This document shows, piece after piece, positions 40,530-51,600 of a DNA stretch of 64,000 nt. The translations under genes and the position numbers were made by a program. The notes under the pieces were generated by a model that searched no databases, was not told the DNA's origin, and saw nothing but the letters and a program-made list of their open reading frames with translations. Source of the DNA: Macrostomum lignano (lineage: Eukaryota); the NCBI GenBank assembly GCA_002269645.1, contig NIVC01000143.1:558001-622000 (forward strand), read 5' to 3'. Within the stretch, counting starts at the first letter, position 1. Each line of letters opens with the position of its first letter.

Positions 40530-40724
40530 TTTTTGAATTTCAAGCAGCTTCACGGTCTCGTCGAATCCCAGCGGTGTCTGTTCACCATCCGAACTCTGAG
40601 ATGGCGGTGGCTGCATCGCTGCGAAGATCCGCTGTCCTTCAGCACCCAGGCAGTGCAGAAGCAGGGCTCGCTTTCTCGCGTCTTGTAAGAGTGTCGAATC
40701 CCGCCGCCATTTAGTAGTTGTTAA
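40530..40724 (-). pseudogene. Ty3/Gypsy (Mag-like) gag fragment
   Basis: NNY..MAAGFD..DARKRALLLHCLGAEGQRIF...FDETVKLLE. Cut by a piggyBac end on one side and a CAGGGGTGTCGGAAC MITE-like end (~40455) on the other. Confidence 0.8.
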
Positions 40725-41096
40725 CCCCGAGGATGCGGGTGGCCTGCTCTGCAGGCCATACCTCATGGTCTATGGCTTGCGAATCATTTCGATGCTGTTT
40801 CGAAAAATAAGTCTACATAACCGTAGCTTGCGGCTTTGGCCTGCTGAGCAGGCCATGACTATTTTCTATACAGAAAACATTTTGTAGATCACGGTCAACG
40901 AGTTTTTCTATCTGATGTAGTCATTTTTAATAAGAAACATTAAAAATCAAGAACATAAATTGCTATAACGTATGAACAATGTTTAACAGCTAAACAGCAA
41001 CAATAACATAACCTGTTTATAACCAGATGGCATATTGGGCATAAATTCGGTTTTCCGCTATAAATTTTTTACTGGATTTTCAGACATTAATACTTT

Positions 41097-41852
41097 TGTC
41101 ACGTTATTTGATGTTGTCCGTGACCCTTAAAAGGGCCGTTTTAGTCCCAAATGAATCGAGTCAAGTCTTGATAGCGGATTTGCGTAGCGGAGCACTTGGC
41201 ATACAAGGCCGGAAACTGGCCGTAGTTGGTTATTATTGTTGAGATCAATATTCGATGCGGTTAATATCAATATAGAACTTATTGCGCTTTTGGGGCACTG
41301 GCGGCTGCAACAATGGTTTTGAATTGAAGGTGAGTTAGAGATTGTAGTTGAGTGGTAGGCGAGTGATGCAAGACGATGCAACGTGGTGAGTAACGGCGAT
41401 GAGCACAACAGTGGCAGATGCGTAGTGGTGAGATTGGCGTTAGCCGTGGCAGACAGTGGCAGGCAGTGTAAACAGGCTGGTCCAGACAGAGAGAAGGAAA
41501 ACAAGGCCGAGGACAGGCCGGGAGGAAGAGAGAAGCACAGATAAGGACGGGAGTGAGGAGTGCCGCCGCCAGGCGGGGGGTTTAATAAAGGAGCGCAGAG
41601 GGGGGTAGCGCGAAGCACGAGTGGTTTTCATTGGCTGGCGAGAGAACTTAAAATTATCGATCGTGCCAATTTTATACGGTCGCGAGAGAGGATAGCAAAA
41701 TATACAGTGAATTAGAAATTGCCACAAAATCGTTGGGCTCTACTATAAGTAAACGTTAAAATAAACTATTGGAGAAATTAATATGAGAAATTACAAGGGA
41801 AAATATAGTCCAGCGGCCCTTTTCGGGACCACCTTAAACTGACAACGTCACA
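41097..41852. mobile_element. Solo LTR (756 bp) inserted in the piggyBac relic
   Basis: TGTCACG...CGTCACA termini with 4-bp TSD CTTT (41093-41096, 41853-41856). Homologous (inverted) to 54334-55094. Confidence 0.88.
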
Positions 41853-42123
41853 CTTTAATGCTTTTAAACCTGCGTTACTGATTATCATCCGGCCTTTCCA
41901 GATTAGAAATTCAAAAACCTGCTTCATTTTCCTGCTTTGGAGTTTGGACTATTACATTGTGTCGTGTTAACTTTTTAACTTTTTACTTCTTTTAAATTTT
42001 TAGACTGTAAGTTTTAAAGAATCCGGAAAATAATTTAGAGTGGGAAGCCGAAGTTATGCCGCATATTGTTTGTCAAGTAAAAATGAGCTGCCTTTGGCTT
42101 TGAAAACTAAAAGCAAATTTAAG

Positions 42124-43818
42124 TTACACCTGAGCGGCATGCCAGTCGGCAAAGCTGGGGGCTGCGCACAGTCCAGGGTTGCCTTCACATTATCCGCAGC
42201 AGAAGACTTTTCTTGACCTGGCCGTTCTTGTAGCACTGCCTGCACCGCTTCGTTGGTCGGGCTTGCGCTTCGGTGGCTTCAATGCGCTTCAGCGAGTGTT
42301 GTTGGTGAGCCACTGCTGGCTGCTGCTGTGCCCGAGCAGCTCTTACACGATCTGGTCCAGAGGAGTCGATAAAGTTCTTGATGATGGTCTCCAGAAACTT
42401 TAAAAACTCCAGTGTACCTCCGCACGATCGGTACACAACCCAGCCATTTCTGGCCAGTACAAGAAAAAGGTTCGCGCCGAGCTTTGTGGGCCACTTCTGA
42501 GTCCGCCGGCATGGGTTGTATGGCTGCAAGGCAGAGTCCAGCCTGTCGACACCACCCATAAATCTGTTGTACGACACAACTGTCTGTTGCTTCTGCTGGA
42601 TGACCAGTTCGTTTCGTACGATTCGGTGAACAGGGTGAATTTGGGCTACGCCTTGCGTGTCAAGGAAGTAAACTTTCTTTAGGCCCGAGCTCTTCCTGTC
42701 AACTATTTTCAACGCTAGCACGTTTCCTTTGCGCATAAACATGTAGCTTGGAGCTTGGTTTCCCTGGATACCACGAAAGCCATCTGGGACACCGCGATCG
42801 GCGCGAACTGTGCATGTCAGCATGGTGCTCCGCTGCAGCAGATACATCGCAAGACGATAAGATCCGAACCAGCTATCGCAGAAGATGTGATAACCCAAAT
42901 CCAATACGTACCTAACTGCCTCCACCAGGACTTTCTCACTCAGAGACAGCCCCCCACACCCGAGACCTTGACCGAATCGCTCATTCTCAGCTCTACTAGA
43001 GTGCACTAAGAAGTTGCTGACGTAACCGGAGCTAGCTTCGCAGAGACAATATAGTTTGATGCCATATCGCGCTTTCTTGGATGAAATATATTGACGAAAT
43101 GTGACACGACCCCTGAACAGAACAAGCTCTTCGCCGCCATTAATTTCTTTTTCTGGCATGTTAACACTGCGACATATCTCAGCTACACGCGTAATAAATG
43201 GTCTTGCCTTTGCTAGCGGGTCGTTTCCATCGAAGTTGTTGCAGTCATAGAAGCGCAGCTGGCTACTGATCTGTTGGTACCTGTCCCTTGTCAGGCAAGC
43301 GAGTTGTTGAAGAAAGGTGTTGCGTAGAAATTATCTTTGCTCCAATAGTTGGCAATCTCGGGCTTTTTATCTATTCCCATGTAGAGCGACATGGCGACAA
43401 ACTTTTTCATCTCGTCCACGGTCACGTCTTTCCACGCGAAGGAAACCTTTGAGGCAGGTTTGGCATCGATGCTTGTAGCTCAAGCCAAGCGCATTGGTCC
43501 AAGCGCAGAGCTGTTGCAGTAGGTCAGCAGTCAGAAACAGCTTGAAAAACGCAGCTGGATCGTCATCGGCAGTCTCTGGCCTCGGCAAGTCAGGATTCAC
43601 GTCCGGCATTCCCAAGAACTCGGGCTCTGCATCTGGCCGTTGATCCTGCCCAGCTTCCCGTGCCACCCAAGCATCATTTGGCAAGCCTCCAGCATCTTCA
43701 TTTGGCTGGAGATGCAGGTCCTCCTCTTCTTCATCTTCGCCCTCATCCGCTGTTAGCCAGCCTTCCTCTCCCCTAGGTCGGAGTCGGTATCCGGATCAAA
43801 TTGCACTTGAGCAGCCAT
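42124..43818 (-). pseudogene. piggyBac (PGBD4-like) transposase, frameshifted
   Basis: Acidic N-terminus, FFKLFLTADLLQQLCAWTN, LRFYD..DPL.K.RP, LVLFRGR..FRQYI..K..RYGIK, FCDSWF, YNRFMGGVDRLD and a C-terminal Cys-rich RCRQC...C.C domain. Several frameshifts, and the expected first catalytic D reads G (GGEEL). Confidence 0.92.
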
Positions 43819-45419
43819 GACAAACACTGTCCGACACGGAAATTATTGTATTCTACTAAATAAAGCTGCTAATAATTTAATTAATTAATTACCACTTGAC
43901 TTCAATTATGTAGCTTCAAGCTTTCTTGATTAGATGAATCCTACAATTTTACTGTTTGTCATTCATACCCACCCGGCCATCCACCCTACTCCAGTTTGTT
44001 TTTTGCCTTCATTTTCATCCTTCATTGCTACGAGTATTAAGCTAATCCGCCGGCTGTCGCAGGCTACGGCTGTGTCAAAAATATTCTAAAATAGTCTATG
44101 GCCTGCTCTGCAGGCCATTCCACAAGCTACGCTGGTGAATAGAATCCCAACCAGCAGTGTAGGAGAAAATTTTAAGATTAAGATCAAACTGAAATGCTTT
44201 TTGTTGCGACGAATAACTCAAAGTTTCCATTGAATTGAGTGCTCAAATTATAAAATAAAATGAAAAAATGCTATAGTACGAGCTACATAGAATATGCAAT
44301 CATCTTCAGGACATGCCAATTTTCATCACATAAAACCAAAAACGAACCAAGACAGAATGATTTAATTGCTGCCCCTTCAATGTTGAGAGATACAGAGACT
44401 CACCCTCAGTGCCAACCCACAGCACTCTGAGTTGGTATTTTAGCCCCACCGCTAGCAAGCTGCACATCCAAACTAGGGCAAGCTTGTGAAATTTATCGTG
44501 TACGATCGAAGCCTCAATGATCTTTACTTTGAAATCGTTAATGCAACCACGCAACACCTTAAAAAGCTGCATGTATGAATAGGAAACACTGTGATCAATA
44601 AAACTGATAGAAGGCACCTGCCTTTTGCTTTTTGCTTTGCTTTGCGAAAGAGGCACAACTTGATATTCATTGTTATATGAACATTTGGTTTGCTGTGATG
44701 ATTTCGGCATGCCCCGAAGATGACGGCTTGCGTCGAAACGCGTTGGCTTTAAACATGTTTGCTTTTTGGCGTTCCTTTTTTTAAATAATCCTGCCAAAAT
44801 TTCACATTTTTTATCCGACTTAAGAGATGACTAGAAAAAATGATTAAAACAACTCCCTTGCCGGCCTTGCTCTCCTGGCTGCAATTCCGTGAGCAATAAC
44901 ACCGCCTTTGCGACTCTTTATTGCAGCCGTCAGCGCTTTAGAGCCTTGCTGTTGAATTTCTTGTGAATGCCACTCGGCATGCGGACGACGTTGGTTAGAG
45001 TCTGACGGACGGGGGAGGCGGGGTGGCATCTGCTATCAGCTGATGGTTTGGGAATTGCTATGGTAGAGTTGCGGTTGGCCTGAGATGGTGGTAGAGGATC
45101 TGGGAGGATGGAGAGGATCTGAGAGGGTGAAGGATCTCAGAGGGAGTCAGGGTGATCAGAGGATCAGAATAAAAAATCAACACAGAATCCTAACTTTCTG
45201 AACGAAAAGCTTTATGAATGTCAATGAAGCTTTAAGTAGGGCAAAACATATCAAAAGATGAACATTGGGTCTGCCTCCTATCGAAAGCAATAACAACTTT
45301 TGTGCTGAAAAAGGAAAGCTTCTTATCTCCGTAGTGTATTTTTCAGCGAAAAGTTGCCTTCAAAAAAGTTGACATAGATATTGAGTGTTGCGTCCTTTTA
45401 CTTAAGTTGCCTTTGCTTG

Positions 45420-46340
45420 TACATTTGCCACAAACTGGCTTTCAAAGCACTTAACCTGACGCTAAAGGATCTGCGCGGCAACAACCAGCTAATGGGTGGT
45501 GTCACCCTGCTGCTCTCTGGAGACTTTAGACAGACGTTGCCTGTAATTCCGCTCGGCACCCCAGCCGATGAGATCAATGCTTGTCTCAAATCTTTGAATA
45601 TGTGGCCATCAGTTGAGAAGTTGCACTTGCGAACCAACGTGAGGGCTGCAGTTTATGGCGATGAAACAGCTCATCAATTTGCTTTCATTCTCTTGGAGGT
45701 CAGTCCCCAGGATGGGCTGTCACCAATTGCTCCATTCGGTACAATCGTATCTTCTGTGCAGGAGCTCAAGGCTAAGGTTTATCTGAACATGTCGCACATA
45801 TTTTCTGACATTGACTGACTGTCAGAGAGGCCATTTTGTGTCCCAGGAATGACGCAGCTAATAGTATCAACTCCCAGCTGCTCAAGGAGATGCCTGGCAA
45901 TACCACCAGCTACAAGTAAATTGACACAACAATGACTGGTGACAATGTTGTGGAGTTTTCCATCGAGTTCTTGAACTCTCTAAAGCCTCCTCGAACGCCA
46001 TCGCACAACCTCCAGGTAAAAATGGGTGCACCAGTTATGCTACTGCGCAATTTAAATGCCCCAAAGCTAATTGTCAAGCAACTCTTTCCGAATCTGGTTG
46101 AAGCAACAATCGTGACAGGATCCGGCAAAGGGCAGTCTGTGTTGATTCCGAGAATTCCAATTATTTTATCGGACCTGCCTTTTCAATTCAAGAGAGTACA
46201 GTTCCCATGAAGGTTTGCTTTGCCATGACCATCAACAAAGCCCAAGGACAGTCGCTAAAAGTGGCCGGAATCAACTTAGAGTCACCCTGCTTCTCACATG
46301 ACTAGCTTTATGTGCATGCTCACTATTTGAAACTGCTGGC
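45420..46340 (+). pseudogene. Helitron PIF1-like helicase fragment, copy 1
   Basis: LLSGDFRQTLPVIP, DEINACLKS, RAILCPRN, EFLNSL.PP..PSHNL.VK.GAPVMLLRNLN and FAMTINKAQGQSL, with stops and frameshifts. Confidence 0.92.
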
Positions 46341-47784
46341 CTCTTCAACTTTGTTGCCAGGGGGGACAAGGAAATTGGTGAATCCTTAGGCACTGCGATA
46401 AGCATCTGTGAAAGTTATTACAACAGGACTATTTGATGGAACATTTTCTATTTTTAAGTATATTACGAGCTACATTTATCAGTAGTAGAGGTACGAAGTT
46501 CCCCCATTTAATAAGTTTTTTGCTACTCAAGGACAGTGATAAAACTATTTGTGGCGAACCTTCTGAAGCAAGCATCAAGTAACCTTCCCTCCAGACCGGA
46601 CTAAAAATTTGGCTCTGATTTGAAAGAAATTGGCAGTTTCAATTGATACTAAATATTATGTTACTCATCAAACATGTTCCTTAATAGTTTTGCTGTTGTC
46701 TAGCATATGTACTGTGCTTAGCTTCTCTATAGTACTTGAACAGTATTGGTAATTTTCTCGATTTCTCGATGATAGGAGTCAGATTCCATTCTATTCTAGA
46801 AATATACTTTTTTAAACGACTTTACTCCATGTTTTTAACCTCGTATCTTACTACGAGTATTAACAACTTTTTGCTTGAGTCTAACACTAAAATTCAAGAC
46901 TTCCTGCAAAAACAGTTCCGGGAATTGGAATTCAGCGGGCTCAAAATCCTCGCGCATCAACAGCTTGTAGACTTATAATATGGCAAAGACAAGGGCAGGA
47001 AGAGAGGCAAGGCTGAAGTAAACTGAAGCAGGCATAAATAATGAGGCAGCCAAGACAATGGAATCCAGCAAACAAGCAGGGCCCCGAGTGGAATGCAGCA
47101 GCGCTTGCAAAAATCTACAGCAGTCACTAACCATTTCAAAGTTAACTGAAGCTCAAATAAAAGGCGGCAGATTGGCGGAAGCGTCCGGCCAGAGAATATT
47201 TGATGAGCCCGGCACGGAGGCAGCTCCTGGGGAGGAGCCAGCGGGCGCTCCTGAGACCGACAGCCACCCCCGACGAACGTATCAACCGAGGGATGAACGC
47301 GCGGACCGGGCCGCACAAGAGGACAGTGAAAGAACTCAGGACTGACTTCCCCCAAATACTCCAACTCAACCAGAGTAAACTGGTGAGTCTAACCGCCTCA
47401 CCCTCGCCCCCGTAGCAACTCGCGTGTTGAATGCTAATCTTATTGCAAGTGCTGTTTGTGCAAAACTTGCCGTAGTTAACCACGCGACATCCCACTCACC
47501 CCATCGACGATAGGGGATGAAATTTTAGAAGTTTTTCCTAAATAGACGGGATTTCAGCCCCGAGAGACACTTCTTTCTTTCTCGCTTTTGGAGAAATAAT
47601 GTCACAAACTGAAGTCCCATTCTCTTTTTGAGTTAGCGAAAAAGTTGAGACTACGAAAAAATATAGCCAACTGCGATTTTGGTTGTAAGCTTTCAAAAAT
47701 TCAGCAGAAACCATTAGAATTACGCTAGTAGAAGAATGCATTACACTAGAAGAGATTAAAGTACTAGACTATAAAAGTACTGTA

Positions 47785-48572
47785 CTAGAAGAGAGTCTTA
47801 CATCAGCATTCCCCATGAGTCTTGACATCCCAGCAATTCCCCATGACTCTTAAGATCCCAGCGATTCCCCCTCATAAGTCTTGACATCTCAGCTATTCCC
47901 CAGACGTCATAAATTCCCCGAGCCTTGACATTAAAGCAATTTACCCCATGAGTCTTATGACATCTTCCACATCGTGACGCAATTCAACTCAGAGTCACAA
48001 TTCAGTCAGTTAACTTATGTAAAAAGCCTGTTGTGATGCAATCCTTACCAGAAAAATAATTCATTAAATCTTTTGCTCATTAGTAAAAACTTCTGTTTGA
48101 ACTTTGAACATTTTTTCAAATATTTAATCCCATTAGCATTGAGAAGTTTTTAAGCCTCGACACTTGTCACAGGCTGTGATATTTCTGTGAAATACTTAAT
48201 CCAATTAGCATTGAGAAGTTTCTAAGCCTCGACACTTGTCACAGGCTGTGATATTTCTGTGAAATACCTAATCCCATTAGCATTGAGAAGTTTCTAAGCC
48301 TCGACACTTGTCACAGGCTGTGATATTTCTGTGAAATACCTAATCCCATTAGCATTGAGAAGTTTCTAAGCCTCGACACTTGTCACAGGCTGTGATATTT
48401 CTGTGAAATACCTAATCCCATTAGCATTGAGAAGTTTCTAAGCCTCGACACTTGTCAATGAAAAAATTCTGTCTATGTTAAGTATGGAAATCGGTTAAGC
48501 CGTTTTCTGAAATTAATCACATACATGTACCTACGCTCGTACCGACAGACACTCAGATCTTAATACTGTGGA
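47785..48572 (-). mobile_element. Helitron-like non-autonomous insertion with a 72-bp tandem array (48125-48457)
   Basis: Absent from the duplicated copy near 52920. Minus-strand ends A|TCCACAGTATTAAGATC...TGTCTGTC and CTAG|T. About 4.6 copies of a 72-bp unit containing the palindrome TCACAGGCTGTGA. Confidence 0.6.
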
Positions 48573-49997
48573 TAAATACTTTTGCAAGCTTTCTAGAGGA
48601 CATTAGATCGTACGTAATGTGTTGTCCGAATTCTTTTTTATAAAGTTGACTTCGAACTCACGAGTATTTTGGAAATACAAAACAAATTAATGTATATTGA
48701 ATGCATATTGAATTTGTATGAATATTGAATTTGAGCTATCTTTGACCCTCGAAGCCACTTGGTGATGATGTGAACCAGCCATTTGCATGGATTAACTTTG
48801 TGACAAGCAACTTTCGATGAAAACTGTTTATGCATCAGAGTAAAAGTATATATAGCTTAGGTAAAATGTACGAGTATTTAGATAGCTCAAAACGATTTTT
48901 ATTAAGGTTTGTTTATATAATGTTTGTTTGAAAATCGAAAGGAAACGATTCAGCTTCAGCATAAAAGTGAAATACGAGCTAGCTAATTTTAATTGTGAAA
49001 TCACGCTTGACTATTGTGACAAAGGAAACTGTTGAAACTCTTGAATGATTGGCGTTGCAAAAGTTTCCGGATTGTATTTACGAGTGCTGTAAACAACCGG
49101 AATTTCGTACGAATCCTGGGCATAGCTGCTTTATTGTAGAGTAAAATGATTGAACATACGAAACAAAACTAATGACGCATTTAAACGTGTTTGAAATTCA
49201 AATTTTCACTCACTTTTAATGTTACTGTTGCGTACAAAATGAAGTGACGTTGGCTGTCCTAAATTAATCATCTGTAAAGTACGCTCGTACATGGTTGCGA
49301 GGTTACAAAGTAGCCTCGCCTGCACTGCATTCCCTCAACTACTTGTCACTTTCCCTTTGATATCCAATAATCAAGTTGCCAATGAAGAAATCGTTTTATG
49401 AAACTAATATGTGTTCGTGGTTAATTAAATTGTTAGAAGGAAGTTTTGCTCAGAAAGTCATCGTTTTGAAATTGACCATTCAATAGAGAAGATGTGTGAA
49501 TGAGTTTTGGCTAAATTTCACCTCATTTGGACATTTCTGTCAATTAGAGTAATCATATTCCGGAAACTTAAGCAACAGCCCTCGTATCAAGGGTTTTGCG
49601 CTAGTATAAATTGTTCATTGGTGTAGGTAATATCTACGAGTAGTACGTCGTAGTAAAATTGAGTTGGATAATAATTTCAAACTCAAAATTCCAAACTTCA
49701 TTTCATATAAAACAGACAAGAGGACCACAAACACCATTATAATAAAGATTTTTTAACACATTTGTCTTAGAATAGTTATTGATTAATTGCTTACCGGCGT
49801 CAGAGGGTTGCATTAAGAAATTGAACGAAAATCTGTTTGCTGTGAACAGAGGGGCGCGTTCGAATTATTAGCTAATCAGTTTTGGACATTTACACAACGT
49901 TATTAGCAGTCACTGTGAAGGCGTCGGAAATAAGATTTTGCGATTAAATTTCTCCATCCGGTTCCTCTTGTCTGGCGCTGCCTGCAGTTTCTCAGAA

Positions 49998-50353
49998 TCA
50001 AGCAAAAGGAGACAGGCACTCGCACAGAACTCTGGTAATAGTCTCGAGTCCCGGCCGCTGCTTAACGAACACCCGGCCTCTCCTGGAGCAGCCGCAGCTC
50101 CTCACCGACTTGCTGCACTTGTCGAACACGAACAGCTGGCACGGACCGTCAGCCAGGCTGAACGCCTGACAGCGCAGCTTCTCGGAGCACAGAGTGGCGC
50201 ACCCAATTCTGCTGCCTTCGTTTGAGTAGGTCTCAACAAACTCATCGTTGATGCAGAGGCTGCCGTCAATGAGAGGTTGTACACCTGTTGGCTGGCAGTG
50301 GAGAGGCTAAAAACAAGACTCATCCAGGCCACAATGTTCGATACTCTGGTCAT
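49998..50353 (-). pseudogene. Secreted PAN/Apple-domain gene with a 1-nt frameshift (pseudogene or assembly indel)
   Basis: Leader MTRVSNIVAWMSLVFSLSTAS. After a frameshift near 50275 the frame reads SRIGCATLCSEKLRCQAFSLADGPCQLF (PAN Cys pattern) to TGA at 49998. Confidence 0.65.
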
Positions 50354-51174
50354 TTTTGCTTGTAGCCGGCTGGGAATTTTTTAAATAATTTTTCCAGTAA
50401 TAACGTGAGACGATGCAATTCGCTTACCAAAACAAAAAAATTTCCAACAACTAACCGATTTTCTCAGTTTTTTCTGACCAATCGTGGGCCAGCTCTTCGG
50501 AGAATTTCTTATTGGTGGAAAAATTTGAATTCCCAGAGGTGACTTCCGAACCATGTTGACTGTGTCTTAATTCGTCCCTGGAAACCACAGACAGCGATGC
50601 CGCGCAGGGAGATCCCGCTGTGCCGGTGTCCGCAGCGGGGTGCATCTGCGAAGAGTCTTGGGCGGGGGACGGTCGCTCACTTGGTAGCTCGACGGACGAG
50701 CTGGCAGAATTTCTTGGGCCTCAAATGTGTCAAAAAGGTCCGGGTTTTGGCAAGAGACGTGACTACTTAGAGGCAGAATGGGGTTTTTATTAGGCTGATT
50801 TGACGCAAAAACCAAAACTATACTACTATTGTAAAAAGAAGTAAGTAGTATATGAAAACGATATTTTAAGCGTATACTGAATTTCAGTATCCACTTTATT
50901 GTGCATTGTCTTTTTCTCCTGATCTACTGATATATGTACACATTGAATTAATCCTTTATCTCCTTATACATGCGCATTATCTACTAATTCTCTATCTATA
51001 CCTATCTACTCTTCCCTGTCTAATTATATGTGTACATTTTCTATTATTGTCCCATATTCTCTGTGTACAATTCCACTAATATTGGAGCTTATATGTACAT
51101 CAATAGCCTCTACTCATATCAGCCACATACCCCAGAATTAGAGCCTGCATTGGTATGTACATTTTCTATGCTCT

Positions 51175-51600
51175 TTGCTGTGGAGTTTCCGATTGAGTTC
51201 CTGAACTCTTTAGAGCCTCCTGGAACGCCATCGCACAACCTCCAGTTAAAAGTGGGTGCACCAATTATGCTACTGCGCAATTTGAATGCCCCAAAACTAT
51301 GTTGCGGCACCAGGCTAATCGTCAAGCAACTCTTTCCGGATGTGATTGAGGCAAAAATCGTGACAGGATCCGTCAAAGAGCTGTCCGAAAATTCTAAGAA
51401 TTCCAATTATTCCATCGGACCTGCCTTTACAATTTAAGCGAAGGTCTGCTCTACCATGGCCATAACCATATCCCAAGGACGGAGTCGCCTAAGGTGGCCG
51501 GAACCAACTTGGAGTAACGCTGCTTCTCACACATAGTCAACTTTACGTTGCATGCTCACGCGTTGAAAGTCCAGCTGGCCTCTTAATCTTTGCTTCCAGA
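51175..51600 (+). pseudogene. Helitron PIF1-like helicase fragment, copy 2
   Basis: [46 protein letters not shown], homologous to 45950-46340. Confidence 0.9.

Larger units (their letters stand above)
40725..44140 (-). mobile_element. piggyBac DNA transposon relic
   Basis: TTAA|CCCCGAGG... terminus at 40721-40725. The subterminal GGCCTGCTCTGCAGGCC palindromes at ~40740 and ~40840 have an inverted counterpart at 44085-44140. It encloses a transposase pseudogene. The outer right terminus was not found. Confidence 0.78.

Noticed and set aside
44306-44797. 163-aa ORF resembling a piggyBac C-terminal Cys-rich tail (RFDASRHL...QQTKC)
   Set aside because: The Cys pattern is incomplete and there is no catalytic core, so the assignment is too weak.
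47058-47415. Short ORFs in the duplicated block (RTVKELRTDFPQ, SAP-like?)
   Set aside because: The frames are not conserved between the two copies (47058-47415 vs 52266-52723) beyond a few codons.
48125-48457. Regular 72-bp repeats with a palindrome as a possible CRISPR array
   Set aside because: No unique spacers, eukaryotic context and no cas genes; it is a plain tandem repeat.
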